Origin: Saccharospirillaceae bacterium
Lineage (GTDB): Bacteria; Pseudomonadota; Gammaproteobacteria; Pseudomonadales; Natronospirillaceae
Assembly: GCA_007116635.1 (NCBI GenBank)
Contig: SKIB01000023.1
Span: 17,505-41,504, forward strand
Direction of reading: 5' to 3'
DNA: 24,000 nucleotides
Below the pieces are notes generated by a model, which did no database searches, had not been told where the DNA came from, and saw only the letters and a list, made by a program, of their open reading frames with translations. The translations under genes and the position numbers were made by a program. Of this stretch, positions 16,936-24,000 are shown piece after piece; position 1 is the first letter of the stretch; the number at the start of each line of letters is the position of its first letter.

Positions 16936-17630
16936 TTTTAGATACAGAAACCACGGGTCTTAGTCCGAATGATGGTCATCGTATCATTGAGATAGGTGCG
17001 GTTGAGTTGGTCGATAGAAAGTTGACTGGAAAACATTATCATCAATATATCAATCCATTGCGTCCAGTAGAGGATTCAGTTCGAATTCATGGTTTGACAG
17101 ATGACTATTTGCAGGATTTTCCTGTATTTGGCAAGGTTGTAGAAGATTTTTTGCGTTTTGTTGATGGGGCTGAGTTAGTTATTCATAACGCTAGCTTTGA
17201 CATGGCCTTTCTCGAGCATGAGCTGAGTCTATTATCAATCCGTCCTACTTTGGCTGAACGTTGTGCTGTGGTTGACAGCTTGCAGTTGGCTAAAGAGAAG
17301 TTTCCTGGTGGTAGAGTTTCTTTGGATGCGCTCTGTAAGCGTTTTGGGGTCGATAATTCTAATCGTCAACTGCATGGGGCTCTGTTGGATGCACAGCTGC
17401 TAACAGAGGTTTATCTACAGTTAACGGGAGGTCAGTTTGATTTTGGTTTTGATGATCAGCAGCAAGGTTCATCGGCAAGGCTTCAGTTTGATGAGGCTGA
17501 GTTTTCTGGGTTAGTGGCTAAATTATTGCCAGTACAACCAAGTCCTGAAGAGATAGATGAGCATCGAGCTTTTTTACAGGCAATGAGTAAAAAGTCAGAT
17601 CTTATTTGGCGAGCGGATGCCGAGGGTTGA
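16923..17630 (+). CDS. dnaQ: DNA polymerase III epsilon subunit (3'-5' proofreading exonuclease)
   Basis: ExoI is ILDTETTGL, ExoII is VIHNASFDMAFL and ExoIII is HGALLDAQLLTEVY. A clamp-binding-like motif, TGGQFDFGF, follows (E. coli TGGQTSMAF). It overlaps the yafS-like gene by 13 nt. Confidence 0.95.
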   Translation: MRQIILDTETTGLSPNDGHRIIEIGAVELVDRKLTGKHYHQYINPLRPVEDSVRIHGLTDDYLQDFPVFGKVVEDFLRFVDGAELVIHNASFDMAFLEHELSLLSIRPTLAERCAVVDSLQLAKEKFPGGRVSLDALCKRFGVDNSNRQLHGALLDAQLLTEVYLQLTGGQFDFGFDDQQQGSSARLQFDEAEFSGLVAKLLPVQPSPEEIDEHRAFLQAMSKKSDLIWRADAEG

Positions 17631-17652
17631 TGACTTGATTACTATGAGCAAT

Positions 17653-17679
17653 AAAAAGGCTGGGTTTACCAGCCTTTTT
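17653..17679. terminator. Bidirectional rho-independent terminator between dnaQ and gltA
   Basis: AAAAAGGCTGG, loop GTTTA, then CCAGCCTTTTT. The stem is 17658..17663 / 17669..17674, flanked by an A-run and a T-run. Confidence 0.75.
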
Positions 17680-17700
17680 ATTGCTAGCTTAGAAAGTAGG

Positions 17701-18972
17701 TTACTTCACATCGCGAGGCGTTTTGCCTGAGTAAAGTTGGCGAGGTCGGCTGATGCGGGATTTTTGATCCAGCATTTCTTTCCAGTGAGCAATCCAGCCA
17801 GGTGTGCGACCAATGGCAAACATCACAGTGAACATTTCGGTTGGAATACCAATGGCTTTCAGGATGATGCCAGAGTAAAAATCCACATTGGGGTAGAGCT
17901 TTTTCTTGATGAAATATTCGTCTTCCAAGGCAATTTTTTCTAATTTCATCGCCATTTTCAGCAAGGGTTCGTCTTGCAAGCCAAGCTCGGTTAGTACCTC
18001 GTCGCAGGTTTGCTTCATTACCTTGGCACGAGGGTCGTAGCTCTTGTAAACACGATGACCAAAGCCCATTAAGCGGAACGGATCGCTCTTGTCTTTGGCC
18101 TTGGCTACATACTCATCAATGCGGCTTTCATCACCAATTTCTTCCAACATGCTAACCACAGCCTCATTGGCGCCGCCGTGAGCAGGGCCCCAGAGTGCTG
18201 CAATGCCAGCGGCGATGCAGGCAAAGGGGTTGGATCCTGTTGAGCCAGCGAGGCGAACGGTGGAGGTGGAGGCATTCTGCTCATGGTCGGCATGCAGGAT
18301 AAAGATGCGATCAACAGCTCGGGCAATCACCGGACTTACCTTATATTCGGCAGCAGGTGTTGAGAACATCATGTGCAAAAAATTACCGGCATAACCCAGG
18401 TCGTTGCGTGGGTAGATGCTTGGCTGGCCGATGCTGTACTTGTACGCCATGGCGGCCAGGGTAGGCATCTTGGAGATCAAACGGTGGGCGGCGATTTCAC
18501 GATGGCGCTCATTGTTGACATCTAATGAGTCGTGATAGAAAGCCGCCAAGGCGCCGGCTACACCAGTCAAGATGGCCATGGGGTGAGCGTCGCGGCGAAA
18601 GGCCTGAAACATTTCAGCCAACTGCTCATGAATCATGGTGTGATGAGTGATGATGTGCTCAAAGGATTTTTTTTGTTCAGCAGTGGGCAGGTCGCCATAG
18701 AGCAATAGGTGACAAACATCCAGATAATCGGAATGTTCCGCTAGCTGTTCGATCGGGTAGCCTCGATGCAGCAGCAAGCCCTTATCACCGTCAATAAAGG
18801 TAATTTGAGATTCGCAAGAGGCGGTGGACATGAATCCTGGGTCAAAACTAAGCAAGCCATGTGCTAAAAGGCTGCGAACATCAATGGCACTGGGTCCCAT
18901 GCTGCCCTCTAAGATTGGCAGTTCAATTGGGTCTCTGCCTTCAATATGCAGGGTAGCTACTTTTTCAGCCAT
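17701..18972 (-). CDS. gltA: Citrate synthase (type II, hexameric Gram-negative type)
   Basis: [12 protein letters not shown]..., [36 protein letters not shown] and GFGHRVYK are all present. AGGAGG lies 5 nt upstream of the ATG at 18972. The track start at 18993 is an extension. Confidence 0.97.
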   Translation of the reverse strand: MAEKVATLHIEGRDPIELPILEGSMGPSAIDVRSLLAHGLLSFDPGFMSTASCESQITFIDGDKGLLLHRGYPIEQLAEHSDYLDVCHLLLYGDLPTAEQKKSFEHIITHHTMIHEQLAEMFQAFRRDAHPMAILTGVAGALAAFYHDSLDVNNERHREIAAHRLISKMPTLAAMAYKYSIGQPSIYPRNDLGYAGNFLHMMFSTPAAEYKVSPVIARAVDRIFILHADHEQNASTSTVRLAGSTGSNPFACIAAGIAALWGPAHGGANEAVVSMLEEIGDESRIDEYVAKAKDKSDPFRLMGFGHRVYKSYDPRAKVMKQTCDEVLTELGLQDEPLLKMAMKLEKIALEDEYFIKKKLYPNVDFYSGIILKAIGIPTEMFTVMFAIGRTPGWIAHWKEMLDQKSRISRPRQLYSGKTPRDVK

Positions 18973-19035
18973 GTGGCCTCCTAGTAAGAACAAATTATGC
19001 TGTTTTGTATAAAAAATAGGCGAAAATCACCAAAT

Positions 19036-19053
19036 ATGCCGATCTGTCGGCAT
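19036..19053. promoter_or_regulatory. Perfect palindrome ATGCCGA-TCTG-TCGGCAT in the predicted gltA leader
   Basis: Read directly. It lies 64-81 nt upstream of the gltA ATG and downstream of the candidate gltA promoter. It could be an operator or a 5'-UTR stem-loop. Confidence 0.4.
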
Positions 19054-19066
19054 GGAAAGGCTAAAA

Positions 19067-19093
19067 CTTATAGAGCCTCGCATTGGTTGTCAA
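19067..19093 (-). promoter_or_regulatory. Candidate gltA sigma-70 promoter (TTGACA-N15-TATAAG)
   Basis: The reverse complement of 19088..19093 is a perfect TTGACA, and the reverse complement of 19067..19072 is TATAAG. The 15-nt spacer is short. Confidence 0.35.
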
Positions 19094-19191
19094 TTTACGC
19101 TGAGAACTTTCTTATGGATGAGGTGAAAAAAACCTGCTTTGGATCAGTAGAAAAAAAGCATTTTTTTGCCGCAGATCAATGCCTTAACCAT

Positions 19192-19220
19192 TTGTATTTG
19201 CTGAGCAGGCTGCCTATAAT
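19192..19220 (+). promoter_or_regulatory. Candidate sdhCDAB sigma-70 promoter (TTGTAT-N17-TATAAT)
   Basis: A perfect TATAAT lies at 19215..19220 after a 17-nt spacer. It predicts a ~90-nt leader before the sdhC GTG. Confidence 0.35.
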
Positions 19221-19315
19221 CCTTGATTAACCTTGCAGCGTAGTAAGTATAGCTTTGGCTGCTTTCATGCATCTGTCAAGGCAATAACTAAAACAGCAAT
19301 CAGAGTGAACTATCC

Positions 19316-19693
19316 GTGAAAACAAACCGACCTGTGAATATGGATCTAACCACGATCCGCTTGCCCATCACGGCCATCGCTTCGATATTGCATCGCATCT
19401 CTGGCATCGTCCTCTTTGTTGGTACTGCGTTCCTTATCTGGGCACTTGGTCTTTCATTATCTTCTGCACAAGGCTTTGAACAAGTTAGTCAATTGATCTC
19501 TTCGGTCTTTTGGTTCAAGTTCATTATTTGGGGTACTTTGGCCGCACTGGGTTATCATCTGGTGGCTGGTGTTCGTCACCTTTTGATGGATCTTGGCTTG
19601 GGTGAAACCAAGGAGTCCGGTGCTTTGGGTTCGCAGATCAGCCTAGTGGTTGGTGTGCTGTTGGCAATTTTAGCAGGAGTTTGGTTATGGTAA
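19316..19693 (+). CDS. sdhC: Succinate dehydrogenase cytochrome b556 subunit
   Basis: The GTG start gives MKTNRPVNMDLTTIRLPITAIASILHRISGIVLF, nearly collinear with E. coli SdhC (KKQRPVNLDLQTIRFPITAIASILHRVSGVITF). Confidence 0.93.
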   Translation: MKTNRPVNMDLTTIRLPITAIASILHRISGIVLFVGTAFLIWALGLSLSSAQGFEQVSQLISSVFWFKFIIWGTLAALGYHLVAGVRHLLMDLGLGETKESGALGSQISLVVGVLLAILAGVWLW

Positions 19694-20034
19694 GAAGTGT
19701 CACCAGTTTTGGCCGCTCCGGTCTTTCCGATTGGTTGTTACAGCGGTTCTCTGCCATCGTTTTGGCCCTGTATACCCTGTTCATTGTGGGTGTTTTGCTT
19801 TTTACCCCTGACATGAGTTATGAGCAGTGGTCAGGTTTATTTGCTCAGGAATGGGTAAAAATCTTCACCCTGCTTACCGTACTTTCTATTGTGATTCATG
19901 CCTGGATTGGCTTGTGGACTGTCGGCACTGATTATTTGCCAAAGGTTTGGCTGCGCTTGCTGTATCAGAGCGCTGTGCTGTTGGTGTTGTTTGTGTATCT
20001 AATTGCGACCGTGCGCGCACTTTGGGGGTTCTGA
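19687..20034 (+). CDS. sdhD: Succinate dehydrogenase hydrophobic membrane anchor subunit
   Basis: [26 protein letters not shown]...[14 protein letters not shown] matches E. coli SdhD (GRNGVHDFILVRATAIVL...IHAWIGMWQVLTDY). The ATG at 19687 overlaps the sdhC stop (ATGGTAA). The track start at 19681 is a TTG. Confidence 0.9.
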   Translation: MVRSVTSFGRSGLSDWLLQRFSAIVLALYTLFIVGVLLFTPDMSYEQWSGLFAQEWVKIFTLLTVLSIVIHAWIGLWTVGTDYLPKVWLRLLYQSAVLLVLFVYLIATVRALWGF

Positions 20035-21806
20035 TGGCGAATATTAACAAGCTTACTTATGATGCTGTAATCATTGGTGGCGGTGGCTCTGGTTTGCGCG
20101 CCGCCCTGCAATTGGCTCAGTCAGGCCTTAAAACAGCAGTAATTTCCAAGGTATTTCCTACTCGCTCGCATACCGTTTCCGCTCAGGGTGGCATTACCTG
20201 TGCCATTGCCAGTGCTGATCCAAACGATGATTGGCGTTGGCACATGTACGACACCGTTAAGGGCTCTGATTACATCGGTGATCAAGACGCCATTGAATAC
20301 ATGTGTTCTGTTGGCCCGCAAGCGGTCTTCGAGCTTGAGCACATGGGTCTGCCATTCTCTCGCACCGAAAATGGTCGCATTTATCAGCGTCCTTTTGGTG
20401 GTCAATCTAAGGACTACGGCAAGGGCGGCCAAGCGGCCCGTACCTGTGCTGCGGCCGACCGTACCGGTCATGCCCTGTTGCATACCCTTTATCAGGCCAA
20501 TATTAAGGCTGGCACCGAGTTTTTGAATGAATGGTATGCCGTTGATTTGGTGACCAATGCTGCCGGTGATGTACGGGGTGTGGTGGCCATCTGTATTGAA
20601 GATGGCGAAGTTCATTATGTGGATGCCAAGGCGACGGTTCTGGCCACTGGTGGCGCGGGTCGCATCTATGCCTCTACCACCAATGCTTTGATTAACACTG
20701 GTGATGGCATTGGTATGGCCATGCGAGCTGGTATTCCGGTGCAAGACATGGAAATGTGGCAGTTCCATCCAACGGGTATCTATGGTGCTGGTACTCTGGT
20801 GACCGAGGGTTGCCGTGGTGAGGGCGGTTATCTGATCAATAAAGACGGCGAGCGCTTTATGGAGCGTTACGCTCCTAATGCCAAAGACTTGGCCGGTCGT
20901 GATGTGGTCGCCCGTGCCATGATTCTTGAACTGCTTGAAGGTCGCGGTGGCGGTCCAGAGGGTGATCACGTATTCCTTAAGTTGGATCACCTAGGGGAAG
21001 AAGTCCTTCATTCGCGTTTGCCTGGTATTTGCGAGCTGTCTAAGACCTTTGCGCATGTGGATCCAGTCAAAGAACCCATCCCTGTGGTGCCAACCTGCCA
21101 TTACATGATGGGTGGCTTGCCAACCAATATCGGTGGTCAGGTGTTGTCACGCGATGCGGCGGGCAAAGATAAGGTGATCAACGGCCTGTACGCTTGCGGC
21201 GAGGCGGCCTGTGTGTCCGTGCATGGTGCTAACCGTCTGGGTGGCAACAGTTTGCTCGATCTGGTGGTCTTTGGTCGTGCGGCTGGTTTGCAGATTGAGC
21301 AAAGCATGAAAGAAGGCTTTAGCACTGACCTGGCCGTCGAATCGGACATTGAACGCGCCATGAGTCGCCTGCAACGCTTGGAATCCTCTAACTCCGGTGA
21401 GAGCGTGGCTCAGGTGCGTAAAGACCTGCAGAACTGTATGCAGCTGCACTTTGGTGTGTTCCGTGAAGGCAAATCCATGCAAGAAGGCTTGGCTAAGCTT
21501 AAAGTGGTTGCCGAGCGTGCAGCTAATGTTCATTTGCCAGACAAGACTAAGGCCTTTAATACCGCTCGTATTGAAGCACTGGAGTTGGATAACCTGCTCG
21601 AGGTTGCCATGGCGACAGCCGTTTCCGCTGAGCAGCGTACCGAAAGCCGTGGCGCCCACGCGCGTGACGATTTCCAAGAGCGTGACGATGCCAACTGGCT
21701 GTGTCATACCCTTTATTTCAAAGGTGAGCCAGGGGTGCACAGACGTGACGTTAATATGCAGCCTAAAACGGTTCCTAGCTTTGAACCTAAAATTCGTACT
21801 TACTAA
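20034..21806 (+). CDS. sdhA: Succinate dehydrogenase flavoprotein subunit
   Basis: The FAD-binding fold is [17 protein letters not shown], and SHTVSAQGG (His for covalent FAD), HPTG and RGEGG are present. The ATG at 20034 overlaps the sdhD TGA (TGATG). The track start at 19947 lies inside sdhD. Confidence 0.97.
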   Translation: MANINKLTYDAVIIGGGGSGLRAALQLAQSGLKTAVISKVFPTRSHTVSAQGGITCAIASADPNDDWRWHMYDTVKGSDYIGDQDAIEYMCSVGPQAVFELEHMGLPFSRTENGRIYQRPFGGQSKDYGKGGQAARTCAAADRTGHALLHTLYQANIKAGTEFLNEWYAVDLVTNAAGDVRGVVAICIEDGEVHYVDAKATVLATGGAGRIYASTTNALINTGDGIGMAMRAGIPVQDMEMWQFHPTGIYGAGTLVTEGCRGEGGYLINKDGERFMERYAPNAKDLAGRDVVARAMILELLEGRGGGPEGDHVFLKLDHLGEEVLHSRLPGICELSKTFAHVDPVKEPIPVVPTCHYMMGGLPTNIGGQVLSRDAAGKDKVINGLYACGEAACVSVHGANRLGGNSLLDLVVFGRAAGLQIEQSMKEGFSTDLAVESDIERAMSRLQRLESSNSGESVAQVRKDLQNCMQLHFGVFREGKSMQEGLAKLKVVAERAANVHLPDKTKAFNTARIEALELDNLLEVAMATAVSAEQRTESRGAHARDDFQERDDANWLCHTLYFKGEPGVHRRDVNMQPKTVPSFEPKIRTY

Positions 21807-21820
21807 CAGGAGGATAATGG

Positions 21821-22534
21821 ATGTCACAGTTAACCGTCAGCCTGTATCGTTATAATCCTGAAAGCGATCAGAAGCCACGCATGCAAGAGTTTCAGTTAGA
21901 TCTACCTGAGGGTAAAGATCTAATGGTGTTGGATGTTCTGGCTTTGCTCAAAGAACAAGACACCAGTATTACCTATCGCCGCTCTTGCCGTGAGGGTGTT
22001 TGTGGTTCCGATGGTATGAACATCAGTGGTAAAAATGGCCTGGCTTGCATCACCTCTTTGTCTCAGGTGGTAAAAAATAACAAGCTAGTATTGCGTCCTT
22101 TGCCTGGTTTGCCAGTGATTCGTGATCTGGTGGTGGATATGTCATTGTTTTACAAGCAGTATGAGCGTATTCAGCCCTATTTGATTAATAACAGTCCAGT
22201 GCCCAGCATTGAGCGTTTGCAGTCACCCGAGGATCGTGCCAAATTAGATGGGCTTTACGAGTGTATTCTCTGTGCTTGTTGCTCAACCAGTTGTCCATCC
22301 TTCTGGTGGAATCCTGAGAAGTTTGTTGGTCCTGCAGGTTTGTTGCAAGCATGGCGCTTCTTGGCTGACAGCCGCGATCAAGCAACAGAGGAGCGTTTAG
22401 CGAAATTGGATGATCCGTTCAGCGTGTTTCGCTGTCGTGGAATTATGAATTGTGTCAATGTCTGTCCTAAGGGTCTTAACCCTACCAAAGCAATTGGTCA
22501 CATTCGTTCCATGCTGCTTAAGCAGGCAACCTAA
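21821..22534 (+). CDS. sdhB: Succinate dehydrogenase iron-sulfur subunit
   Basis: The 2Fe-2S motif is CREGVCGSDGMNISGKNGLAC. The 4Fe-4S and 3Fe-4S motifs are CILCACCSTSCP and CRGIMNCVNVCP. AGGAGG lies upstream. Confidence 0.97.
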   Translation: MSQLTVSLYRYNPESDQKPRMQEFQLDLPEGKDLMVLDVLALLKEQDTSITYRRSCREGVCGSDGMNISGKNGLACITSLSQVVKNNKLVLRPLPGLPVIRDLVVDMSLFYKQYERIQPYLINNSPVPSIERLQSPEDRAKLDGLYECILCACCSTSCPSFWWNPEKFVGPAGLLQAWRFLADSRDQATEERLAKLDDPFSVFRCRGIMNCVNVCPKGLNPTKAIGHIRSMLLKQAT

Positions 22535-22552
22535 CAAAGGTTGTAGTTTTTG

Positions 22553-22580
22553 AGCCGGATTGCGATCCGGCTTCGTTTTG
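22553..22580 (+). terminator. Hairpin plus short T-tract between sdhB and sucA (weak terminator or attenuator)
   Basis: AGCCGGAT (22553..22560), loop TGCG, ATCCGGCT (22565..22572), then TCGTTTTG. Confidence 0.5.
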
Positions 22581-22630
22581 TGTGCACAATTATTAAAGAG
22601 CGTTTATCACGCACAAGGGTGAAATCTGGT

Positions 22631-24000
22631 ATGCACGATAGTCTAATGGAGCAGCTTTGGAAGTCTTCTCACTTTGCTGGCGGCAACTACGAATACTTAG
22701 AGTCCTTATTTGAGTCTTATTTAGCTGACCCAAACAGTATTCCTGAGCAGTGGCGTAATGAATTTGCTCGCCTGCCCATGCTACAGCCTGATCAAACCAC
22801 AGATGTTTCGCATCAGGATTTACGTAATCAATTCCTTGAGATTGCCAAGGCTCGTCGCCCCGGAAATTCAGTTGTGGTCGCCGAAGCTCCGGAGCGTGAA
22901 CGAAAACAAATTCGTGTGCAGCAGTTAATCACTGCCTACCGGATGCGTGGTCATCAAAAGGCTAATCTTGACCCCCTTGGTATTTGGCAGCGTCCGTTAC
23001 CCGTGGATCTTAACCCCGAGTTTCATGGTCTAAACCAGCAGGACTATAAAACAGAATTTTCGTCGGCAACCTTGTTCTTGGGGCAGGAAAAGTTGGCCTT
23101 GGCTGACATCATTTCAGGTCTGGATAAAACCTACTGCTCCTCAATTGGTGCAGAGATCACCCACATAACTAACACCGCTGAGCGTCGTTGGATTGAGCAG
23201 CGCATGGAGTCGGTTCGCTCCCGTCCAGAGTATAGCCCGCAAGCAGCTTTGCATATTTTTGAACGTTTGGTGGCTGCTGAGGGCTTAGAAAAGTACCTTG
23301 GTTCGCGTTATCCAGGAACCAAGCGTTTTGGTCTTGAAGGCGTTGAAAGCCTAATTCCAATGTTGGATGAAATGGTACAGAGAGCCGGTAGCTACGGTGT
23401 CAAAGAAGCGGTAATGGGCATGGCTCATCGTGGCCGCTTAAATGTGCTGGTTAACATATTGGGTAAGAATCCCAAAGATTTATTTGATGAGTTTGATGGT
23501 AAGTCTTTCCTTGATGCTGGTTCTGGTGATGTAAAGTATCATCAGGGTTTTTCAACCAATGTCATGACTCCTGGCGGCGAAATGCATCTGGCCTTGGCTT
23601 TTAACCCATCGCATTTGGAAATTGTCTCACCCGTGGTCGAGGGGTCGGTACGAGCTCGTCAAGACCGCCGAGATGATAATGACCATAATTTGGTTTTACC
23701 TGTGGTGATGCATGGTGATGCAGCCTTTGCAGGTCAAGGTGTGGTGATGGAAACCTTCCAAATGTCACAAACCCGTGCCTATAAGACCGGCGGTACCATC
23801 CATGTAGTGATTAATAACCAGGTCGGCTTTACTACCTCTAAGCAAGAGGACGCACGCTCTACCGAATATTGCACTGACATTGCTAAAATGGTGCAAGCGC
23901 CCATTTTCCATGTCAATGCCGATGACCCTGAGGCAGTGGTTTTCGTTACTCAGTTAGCGGTTGACTATCGGATGAAGTTCAACCGAGATGTGGTGATAGA
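22631..24000 (+). CDS. sucA: 2-oxoglutarate dehydrogenase E1 component, N-terminal ~456 codons; runs off the right edge
   Basis: Absent from the track because there is no in-window stop. My translation from the ATG at 22631 reads MHDSLMEQLWKSSHFAGGNYEYLESLFESYLADPNSIPEQWRNEF...YRMRGHQKANLDPLG...GMAHRGRLNVLVNILGK...VMHGDAAFAGQGVV. This is collinear with E. coli SucA. Confidence 0.95.
   Translation, partial: MHDSLMEQLWKSSHFAGGNYEYLESLFESYLADPNSIPEQWRNEFARLPMLQPDQTTDVSHQDLRNQFLEIAKARRPGNSVVVAEAPERERKQIRVQQLITAYRMRGHQKANLDPLGIWQRPLPVDLNPEFHGLNQQDYKTEFSSATLFLGQEKLALADIISGLDKTYCSSIGAEITHITNTAERRWIEQRMESVRSRPEYSPQAALHIFERLVAAEGLEKYLGSRYPGTKRFGLEGVESLIPMLDEMVQRAGSYGVKEAVMGMAHRGRLNVLVNILGKNPKDLFDEFDGKSFLDAGSGDVKYHQGFSTNVMTPGGEMHLALAFNPSHLEIVSPVVEGSVRARQDRRDDNDHNLVLPVVMHGDAAFAGQGVVMETFQMSQTRAYKTGGTIHVVINNQVGFTTSKQEDARSTEYCTDIAKMVQAPIFHVNADDPEAVVFVTQLAVDYRMKFNRDVVI

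Noticed and set aside
18997-19230. A 77-aa ORF filling the gltA-sdhC intergenic region
   Set aside because: It has no SD and covers the AT-rich divergent promoter region. Its composition is biased (Lys/Phe/Leu/Cys-rich). It is better explained as promoter or leader DNA.
20121-20990. A 289-aa ORF antisense to sdhA, plus 21147..21827 (226 aa), 20188..20526 and 21397..21855 in or around sdhA
   Set aside because: They lie entirely inside the strongly supported sdhA reading frame or off-frame to it. Their products are low-complexity (Thr/Gly/Arg/His-rich) with no recognisable motifs. These are typical shadow ORFs of a highly expressed, codon-biased gene.

Overview
This is a gene-dense, almost entirely housekeeping chromosomal segment from a gammaproteobacterium. 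The gene order resembles the Pseudomonas/Oceanospirillales arrangement. On the minus strand, glgC starts at 851 and runs off the left edge. A single co-directional chain then runs from 9766 down to 1664: kdsD-lptC-lptA-lptB-rpoN-(233-nt spacer)-hpf-ptsN-rapZ(C-terminal domain only)-ptsO-darP-ECF sigma-chrR. Most junctions in that chain overlap by 1-23 nt. The right half holds ibaG-murA-hisG-hisD-nif3 family-small ORF (+), mltD (-), yafS-like-dnaQ (+), gltA (-) and sdhCDAB-sucA (+), with sucA running off the right edge. glgC and sucA are missing from the ORF track because they have no in-window stop; I translated them by hand. Several track ORFs carry spurious N-terminal extensions (TTG/GTG or upstream ATG), which I trimmed using homology, SD spacing and stop/start coupling. 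I saw no rRNA, tRNA, CRISPR array, transposase, integrase or phage gene. I found no convincing novel multi-gene system, and nearly every base is explained by recognisable core genes. The best leads are single-gene or intergenic oddities. (1) RapZ consists only of its C-terminal domain. (2) LptA is about 100 residues too long and looks like two fused LptA modules. (3) The rpoN-hpf spacer is long and carries a perfect 3 x 12-nt tandem repeat and an unannotated 68-codon ORF. (4) A ChrR-type ECF sigma/anti-sigma pair is appended to the rpoN operon and has a candidate promoter of its own. (5) Two family-less small secreted or membrane ORFs lie next to glgC. (6) Several usually conserved neighbours are missing (kdsC, mlaFEDCB, hisC, gloB, rnhA), which suggests a compacted genome. 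All homology statements come from by-eye alignment to remembered reference sequences, and no database search was run.
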